Assembly (NCBI GenBank): GCA_040754455.1
Contig: JBFMCP010000002.1
Span: 96,001-160,000, forward strand
From: Nitrospirota bacterium
GTDB taxonomy: Bacteria; Nitrospirota; Thermodesulfovibrionia; Thermodesulfovibrionales; Dissulfurispiraceae
Length of the DNA: 64,000 nt
Reading direction: 5' to 3'
Notes under the pieces: generated by a model
Database searches by the model: none
The model's input: only the letters and a program-made list of their open reading frames with translations
Told to the model about the DNA's origin: nothing
Made by a program: the position numbers and the translations under genes
In this document: piece after piece, positions 57,944 to 64,000 of the stretch
Layout: each line of letters opens with the position of its first letter
Position numbering within the stretch: the first letter of the stretch is position 1

Positions 57944-59592
57944 TGATGCGGTGCTCCGGATCAATACGATTGCGAAAAACAGTCAGGAATCTTTTCAGGA
58001 GGATGAGCCTTGTCAAAAAGTTCGCCACGGCGGTGGTCTTTCTCATCCTCGTTATCATGTTCATCTTCAGCTCTCTTATAATTACTCACCAGAGGGCAGC
58101 GCTGAAATCCGAGATGGACAGCAACGCCCTCGTCCTTGCCAAGAAACTTTCCAATGATGTGCTCGAACCGCTTATGATCATGGATCTGCTGAGGCTTGAT
58201 GAGCTCGTAAGGACGACCGCTCAGACACCCGCCTGTGTATATGCCGGCATTATCGCCAGAGACATGAGAATCGTTGCCCATACGAACCGCAAGCTGCTCG
58301 GACAGACGGTAAGCGGGATATCGTCGCAACAGCTCGCCGGCGCTTTTGAGCGCGGGAATGAATATACGCGGGATATTTCCGGTGAGGATGTGCGGGAAAT
58401 CATTATTCCGGTAAAGGTCGGGTATGAGGTTATGGGGGCAGTCGTTATCGGCTTTTCGAAGGATGCCATCAGAACGGTTATTGAAAACAACCTGAGCGGA
58501 CTGAAGAACTACCTGATCCTGATTTCCTTTGCCGTCACGATTGCGGGAATAGGCGGCGCCTACTGGCTTGCGCGGTTTCTTGCGATCCCGGTAAAAAAGC
58601 TCAAGGAGCAGATGGGACGTGTACAGGCGGGCGATCTGGATGTAGAGATTTATTCAGAGCACATTGTCGACTGCGCCGAGGTCCTCCGATGTGATACCAG
58701 GGAGTGTCCTGCCTATGGAAAAAAGCGGTGCTGGACTGTACCGGGAACGCTGTGCTTCGGATTGGTGCAGGGAGATGTGTCTGAAAAGATATGTGATTGC
58801 AGGAGATGTGTTGTCTATCGGAGTTCCTGCGGTGATGAAATCGGGGAACTCGTCGAGGTGTTCAACCAGATGGTTGAGCGGCTCAAGGATAATATCAAGG
58901 AACTGGAAGAGAGCAATAAGGAGAAGACCAGGATGGAGAAGCTTTCCGCCCTCGGTGAAATGGCGATGACCGTGGCCCATGAGATAAAGAATCCCCTGAA
59001 CGCCATTCGGGGGTCAGCCTCCTATCTTAAGGATAATTTTGAAGGGGAGATACTCAGGGAATTCCTCACGGTCATCGAGGAGGAAACGAAGCGGCTGAAT
59101 GAGATCGTCACCAGCATCCTCAGGTTCTCCAGGCCGACCCCTTTGAACCTGCAGGTCTCCGATCTGAACAAGGTGATCAGAGAGACCGTGGAGCTCATCA
59201 GGCAGGAGGCGGTGGAGAACAATGTCGAAGTGGTCGTGAATCTCGATGAGAGGATCCCGCTTTTCAGGTTCGATGCGCAGCAGTTTAAGCAGGCACTCCT
59301 CAATATTCTCGTCAACGCCCTTGAGACAACGAAGGCAGGAGATACGATAGGAATTGCCACCCAGCCCTTTGACTCCAGCGTACGCATTATGATAAAAGAT
59401 ACGGGAGCGGGTATTGCGAAGGAAATCATCTCCGAAATTTTCAAACCTTTCTTTACCACTAAAACCCGCGGCTCGGGTCTCGGCCTTGCCTGTGTCGAGC
59501 GGATTATCAAAGACCATAAAGGGGACATTACAGTCGTGAGTGAGGAGGGAAAGGGCACGGAGTTTACCATAACGCTGCCGCTTGGAAAATGA
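57940..59592 (+). CDS. Sensor histidine kinase, HAMP with Cys-rich insert (start uncertain, possibly 58003)
   Basis: 2 TM helices, AHEIKNPL, N/G1/F/G2 boxes. Confidence 0.92.
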   Translation: MMMRCSGSIRLRKTVRNLFRRMSLVKKFATAVVFLILVIMFIFSSLIITHQRAALKSEMDSNALVLAKKLSNDVLEPLMIMDLLRLDELVRTTAQTPACVYAGIIARDMRIVAHTNRKLLGQTVSGISSQQLAGAFERGNEYTRDISGEDVREIIIPVKVGYEVMGAVVIGFSKDAIRTVIENNLSGLKNYLILISFAVTIAGIGGAYWLARFLAIPVKKLKEQMGRVQAGDLDVEIYSEHIVDCAEVLRCDTRECPAYGKKRCWTVPGTLCFGLVQGDVSEKICDCRRCVVYRSSCGDEIGELVEVFNQMVERLKDNIKELEESNKEKTRMEKLSALGEMAMTVAHEIKNPLNAIRGSASYLKDNFEGEILREFLTVIEEETKRLNEIVTSILRFSRPTPLNLQVSDLNKVIRETVELIRQEAVENNVEVVVNLDERIPLFRFDAQQFKQALLNILVNALETTKAGDTIGIATQPFDSSVRIMIKDTGAGIAKEIISEIFKPFFTTKTRGSGLGLACVERIIKDHKGDITVVSEEGKGTEFTITLPLGK

Positions 59593-60974
59593 ATATGGAT
59601 AAAGCTCAGGGGAACATATTGATCGTCGATGACGAGGCGAACATCCTCAAGGTGCTTTCGGCCATCCTCAAGAAAAACGGTTATGAGGTTGTGACCGCGC
59701 GTACCGCAGAAGAGGCGATGGAGAGGATTGCCAAGGCCGACTTTGATGCGATCATCACCGATTATAAGATGCCCGGAATGAGCGGCATGGAACTTCTGGA
59801 TCGTCTGAAGGAGAGGGATTACAAGACCCCCGTCATACTGCTCACCGCCTTCGGCACCATTGAGCGTGCAGTGGACGCCATGAGAAAAGGAGCCTTCAGT
59901 TACCTCGCGAAGCCGGTAAATCCCGATGAGCTGCTTACGGTTACCAGAGAGGCGGTTGAAAAGCATCGGTTGCTTGTTGAGAATATATCGCTCAAATCAC
60001 AGCTCAAAGAGCGCCACAGTTTCAAGAACATCATCGGCAAAAGCCATAGTATGCAGGATGTGTTCAATCTCATCGAGACGGTAGCCGGAAGTACTTCAAA
60101 TGTATTGATCACCGGCGAGAGCGGCACCGGGAAAGAGCTCGTGGCAAAGGCTATTCATTACGGGTCGCCGCGCGCGAACAACCCCTTCATTCCTATCGAT
60201 TGTGCGGCACTGCCCGAAGAGCTCCTCGAGAGTGAGCTCTTCGGACATGAACGGGGCTCCTTTACCGGAGCGTATGACCGGAAAGCGGGACAGATCGAGC
60301 TTGCCCACGGCGGCACCATCTTTCTCGATGAAATCGGCGAGCTGTCGTTGAATACGCAGAAGAAGTTTCTGCGTTTTCTCCAGGAGCGGGAGATTCTGAG
60401 GATCGGCGGAAAGAGCAGGATAAAGGTGGACGTGAGGATTATTGCTGCAACGAACCGGGACCTTGAGAAAGAGGTCGAGAAGGGCACCTTCAGGGGAGAT
60501 CTCTTCTACCGGCTCAATGTGGTGACGGTCGCCATACCCCCGCTCCGCGAACGCAGGGAGGACATTCCTCTCCTTGCCGGTCATTTTCTGAACAAGTTCA
60601 ACCAGACCAATAACAAAGCTATCGCCGCCATTGACAGTGAGGCGATGAGGGTCCTGATGGATTATGACTGGCCTGGCAATGTGCGGGAACTCGAGAATGT
60701 TATTGAGCGGGCAGTTGTCCTCTGTTCCACCGATGCCATTACCCTTAATTATCTGCCGAAATCGATTCGCGGTGACAGCCGTGCAATTGATCGGGGGAAC
60801 GGTGATGGATTGAACCTGCTCGAAACCGAAAAGAGGCTCATTGTCAGGGCGCTCGAGAAGACCTCATGGAACCAAACGAAGGCCGCGGGGGTCTTGGGAA
60901 TTTCGCGGAAACAGCTGAGAACAAAGATGAAACACCACGGGCTTCTTCTGGAAAATGGCGCTGATGATGAATAA
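59589..60974 (+). CDS. sigma54-dependent response regulator (NtrC family)
   Basis: Receiver domain, [14 protein letters not shown], Fis-type HTH. Confidence 0.94.
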   Translation: MNMDKAQGNILIVDDEANILKVLSAILKKNGYEVVTARTAEEAMERIAKADFDAIITDYKMPGMSGMELLDRLKERDYKTPVILLTAFGTIERAVDAMRKGAFSYLAKPVNPDELLTVTREAVEKHRLLVENISLKSQLKERHSFKNIIGKSHSMQDVFNLIETVAGSTSNVLITGESGTGKELVAKAIHYGSPRANNPFIPIDCAALPEELLESELFGHERGSFTGAYDRKAGQIELAHGGTIFLDEIGELSLNTQKKFLRFLQEREILRIGGKSRIKVDVRIIAATNRDLEKEVEKGTFRGDLFYRLNVVTVAIPPLRERREDIPLLAGHFLNKFNQTNNKAIAAIDSEAMRVLMDYDWPGNVRELENVIERAVVLCSTDAITLNYLPKSIRGDSRAIDRGNGDGLNLLETEKRLIVRALEKTSWNQTKAAGVLGISRKQLRTKMKHHGLLLENGADDE

Positions 60975-61001
60975 TTTCAGAATACTCTTCGCTGCCGATA
61001 T

Positions 61002-61047
61002 TGTCCCAAATGGAACAGTTGCTCCTGTTGTTGTCCCGTTTGGGACA
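61002..61047. promoter_or_regulatory. Two palindromic enhancer (UAS) sites
   Basis: TGTCCCAAATGGAACA (61002-61017) and TGTCCCGTTTGGGACA (61032-61047), 30 bp apart. Confidence 0.7.
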
Positions 61048-61131
61048 GAGTCGATGTAGGGCCTGACCGCTCTCCCACCAAATTATCCTTTATTTACAAA
61101 GAACTATACGTGTATTAACGAGTGCCTGTAG

Positions 61132-61147
61132 TGGCATGTTTATTGCT
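61132..61147 (+). promoter_or_regulatory. sigma54 (-24/-12) promoter
   Basis: TGGCAT-GTTTA-TTGCT, GG-N10-GC, downstream of the UAS pair. Confidence 0.8.
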
Positions 61148-61308
61148 TTTTCTTATAGGCTGATAAGATTATCTGTGGATTGCGCCATTCCGCAAAAGGG
61201 GGGTGTTAAAAGGGCACATACGCGAAAGGACAATCCGTAAAGGTAGAGTGGAGGAGAGCGGCAGGGGGTCGCTCTCTAAAAGTGAAACGTAAAAAGGGAG
61301 GAGACAGT

Positions 61309-62616
61309 ATGAAACGTTTCTGGGTATCACTGGCCATCGCCCTGATGGCAACAGTCTTTATGATGTATCAAAATGGTGCTCTTGCCGAGAAACCGAAGGA
61401 TGCAAAGGCTCCTGCGGTTCAGGACATGAAGACGTCTGAAGCAAAGTCTGAAGCGAAACCTGAGGAAAAGAAAGACGAGCTGTCCGGCACCGTAACCGCT
61501 CAGATCGACAAGACGACGCTCAACAACGGCGGTACGATTACGGTTACCGGAACCGCCCCGGCAGGCAAGCCCGTGTATATTGAAGTATGGTCCGATAAAA
61601 AGGTACGTGCCTCCCGCTTCGACTCAGAAGTAGATAAGGATACGGGAAAGCGGCCGTATATCCTCTATATGACCTATGATATGCCCGCGTACTACAAAAT
61701 ATTTGTTCCGAAAGACCAGAAGGACACCCTCGTGAAGGTGAAAAAAGAGGGGAAAAAGTGGAGCTTTTCAAAAGCCCTCAAGGATGTGGGTGCTGATGCC
61801 GTTTATTCCGTACCGGCAAAAGCTAAAATCGACCGTTACCAGGCGACCCTGATGGGCAGCATCATCGGTTCCAGAGGGGAGCTGCTTCCTGCAATGGACG
61901 ATAAGGAAGGCAAGAAACGTTCCATGCAGCTCGTGAAGGCACGCTTCAGAGACGTGAACAAAGTGATGAGCCCTGATGTCGAGGTCAATCCCGACGGCAC
62001 GTTCAAGGCGGAGATAAAGATCCGCGAAGGCCTTGCACCGGGCAAATACACTCTGGTCGCTGCCGTCGATAAGAATACCAAGAGCCAGCCGATCACGTTC
62101 GAGAACAATATCGCGTTCCCGAACGTTTATCTCAGCAATGCGGGCACAAGCCTGAACCTCTTCGGCCCCTTCTTCCTGACGCTCGCCATCGCGATCTTCG
62201 GCGTGCTCATGGGGGCAGGCGGCGGGTTTATTATGAACCCCTTGCTGGTTTCCATCTGGCCCTTGCCCCACACCATCGTTGCAGGAACCGTTATGCCGAC
62301 CGTGCTCTTCTCCCAGGCGAGCGGTATCTATAATTATTCGAAGATCAAGTTCATCAGCTGGAAGCTCGGCGTTGCCATTGGCCTCGCCATGGTGGTGGGC
62401 GGTTTTATCGGCCCCAAGCTCACGGAGATGATCACCCTCGAGCAGTTCAAGTTTGTCTTCGGCTGGATACTGATTATCCTTGCAGGCTTGATGTTCTGGC
62501 AGACCACACCAGGGTATCTTGCCAAGAACAAGAAGGAGCAGGCGATTCTCAAAGAGTTCAAGAAAAAGGCCGAAGAAGCTGCGAAGGGCAAGACTGCCCC
62601 TGCTGAAGCGAAATAA
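61309..62616 (+). CDS. TauE/SafE family protein, N-terminal half, fused to a large exported domain
   Basis: Signal peptide, ~260 aa soluble domain, then GAGGGFIMNP and about 4 TM helices. Confidence 0.85.
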   Translation: MKRFWVSLAIALMATVFMMYQNGALAEKPKDAKAPAVQDMKTSEAKSEAKPEEKKDELSGTVTAQIDKTTLNNGGTITVTGTAPAGKPVYIEVWSDKKVRASRFDSEVDKDTGKRPYILYMTYDMPAYYKIFVPKDQKDTLVKVKKEGKKWSFSKALKDVGADAVYSVPAKAKIDRYQATLMGSIIGSRGELLPAMDDKEGKKRSMQLVKARFRDVNKVMSPDVEVNPDGTFKAEIKIREGLAPGKYTLVAAVDKNTKSQPITFENNIAFPNVYLSNAGTSLNLFGPFFLTLAIAIFGVLMGAGGGFIMNPLLVSIWPLPHTIVAGTVMPTVLFSQASGIYNYSKIKFISWKLGVAIGLAMVVGGFIGPKLTEMITLEQFKFVFGWILIILAGLMFWQTTPGYLAKNKKEQAILKEFKKKAEEAAKGKTAPAEAK

Positions 62617-62628
62617 AGGAGGGCTACC

Positions 62629-63018
62629 ATGACAGTAGAATTCTGGGGACACGAATTTAAAGTAAATATAGTGCTGGGATGCATCGGAGGATTTCTGATC
62701 GCGGTCGTTTCATCGATGTTCGGCTTCGGCGGCGGGCCGTTCATGGTACCGCTGATGACCGTCGGCCTCGGGCTTCCGATGTATGTTGTTGTAGGCAGCT
62801 CGTTGCTTGCCATTTTCTTCAACACGCTGATGGGCACCATGCGTCATTATCAGTTCGGGAACTTCGATCTGATCTTCTTCCTCATTATGTTCCCCGCAGC
62901 AATTCTGGGCGGTTTTATCGCACCGCAGATCGCAAAACGCGTCAGCCCGCTTGTGGTAAAGAGAGTTGCAGTTGCGGGATTGCTTCTCCTGGCACTAAAC
63001 CTGCTGGGAGTATATTAA
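62629..63018 (+). CDS. TauE/SafE family protein, C-terminal half
   Basis: Own SD AGGAGGG; GFGGGPFMVP, VGSSL. Confidence 0.85.
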   Translation: MTVEFWGHEFKVNIVLGCIGGFLIAVVSSMFGFGGGPFMVPLMTVGLGLPMYVVVGSSLLAIFFNTLMGTMRHYQFGNFDLIFFLIMFPAAILGGFIAPQIAKRVSPLVVKRVAVAGLLLLALNLLGVY

Positions 63019-63196
63019 TTAAATTTAAGCGAATGGTTTTCAGGATTATCCTCGTGACTGTTTGAGGATAACACCTCAGGAGTACGGGAGAGGAGGAATC
63101 CCCCCTCCTCTCTCCCATACCCTAAGGAATGGGCGTCATCAACTTCGAAAGCAATATTCATTTACAATAAAGAAACGTTGTTTGTGGAGGGTGAAC

Positions 63197-64000
63197 ATGG
63201 GAGAAATTTCATCAGTATACAGCATGTGTGGCATGTGCGCAGTGCGCTGTCCCATCAGAGTTGAAGTAGAGAACGGGATCGTCAAGTGGATAGAGGGGAA
63301 CCCCCACGCAGCGGGGATAGAGGGCGCTCTTTGCGCCAAAGGCAGCGCGGGAATCGCTTTTGAGTATGATAGTGAGCGGCCTCAGTCGCCGATGATCAGA
63401 ATCGGCCCGAGGGGGTCGGGACAGTGGAAACGGGCGACCTGGGACGAGGCCCTTGAGTATATAGCTGAAAAGCTGAAAGCAGTAGTGGAAAAATACGGCG
63501 CGAGGGCTATTGCGCTCGCCGACAGGGGCGGTCCCTTTACGGACCTTACCAAGAGCTTCATCAAGGCGCTGGGCTCTCCCAACTACCTCGACCATGATGA
63601 TACGTGCGCCAAGAATGTGAATATGGCGGCCCAGACCCTTTTCGGCTACGGCCGCGGCGATCTCGGCTACGACATCGCCAACACGAAGCACCTCGTCCTG
63701 TTCGGCAGAAACATCTTCGAATCCCTCCAGGTAAAAGAGGTAAATAATGCTCTCGACGCCATGGAGAAAGGGGCGAAGATAACCTATATCGATGTCCGGG
63801 CCACCACCACCGCCTCCAAGGCGGACAAGTTCCTCATGATCAGGCCTGGCACCGACTATGCCTTTTGCCTCGGGCTCATCCATGTCATCCTCAAGGAAAA
63901 GCTCTACGATGCCGATTTCGTCAACAAGTATGTGGTGGGGCTCCAGGAGTTGGAGGCCTTTGTCGCCCCGTACACGCCCGAATGGGCGGAGCAGGAGACC
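63197..64000 (+). CDS. Molybdopterin oxidoreductase catalytic subunit, Psr/Phs-like (partial, runs off the window)
   Basis: MGEISSVYSMCGMCAVRC...LCAKG, PMIR, TWDEAL, HDDTC, IRPGTD; no Tat signal. Confidence 0.9.
   Translation, partial: MGEISSVYSMCGMCAVRCPIRVEVENGIVKWIEGNPHAAGIEGALCAKGSAGIAFEYDSERPQSPMIRIGPRGSGQWKRATWDEALEYIAEKLKAVVEKYGARAIALADRGGPFTDLTKSFIKALGSPNYLDHDDTCAKNVNMAAQTLFGYGRGDLGYDIANTKHLVLFGRNIFESLQVKEVNNALDAMEKGAKITYIDVRATTTASKADKFLMIRPGTDYAFCLGLIHVILKEKLYDADFVNKYVVGLQELEAFVAPYTPEWAEQET

Noticed and set aside
61170..61280. Possible c-di-GMP riboswitch in the tauE leader (GCAA/GAAA/GTAA loops)
   Set aside because: Flanking stems do not pair convincingly; would need an Infernal/Rfam search
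63212..63883. 223-aa minus-strand ORF
   Set aside because: Shadow of the plus-strand molybdopterin oxidoreductase starting at 63197

Overview
The window has two parts. (1) Bases 1-~18,940 are the right arm of a long-tailed (siphovirus-like) prophage. It holds head-tail joining genes, an inserted lysis cassette (DUF5675-like lysin, holin, nested spanin pair), tail tube, a -1 frameshifted tail-assembly-chaperone pair, tape measure and tail-tip genes. It then carries a complete diversity-generating retroelement (DGR): an Mtd-like target with its VR, a GAAA hairpin, avd, TR, a structured spacer holding an extra 61-aa gene, and a DGR-type RT. All 13 VR/TR mismatches fall on TR adenines. The arm ends with two cargo genes and runs into the 3' end of tRNA-Glu, the likely att site. 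(2) Bases ~18,940-64,000 are host chromosome of a dissimilatory sulfur-metabolising bacterium, probably Nitrospirota/Thermodesulfovibrionia-like (inference). This part has tRNAs, housekeeping genes, adk-sat-aprBA-qmoABC-CBS-hppA, and a sigma54-controlled module (PhnD-like lipoprotein, histidine kinase, NtrC-type regulator, split TauE, Tat-less Psr/Phs-like molybdoenzyme). Elements the ORF track misses include a two-Sec glutaredoxin-like selenoprotein, a leaderless antisense 48-aa membrane protein inside the tail operon, the chaperone frameshift, and families of heptamer-based repeats. Product calls rest on motif recognition by eye; no database search was run.
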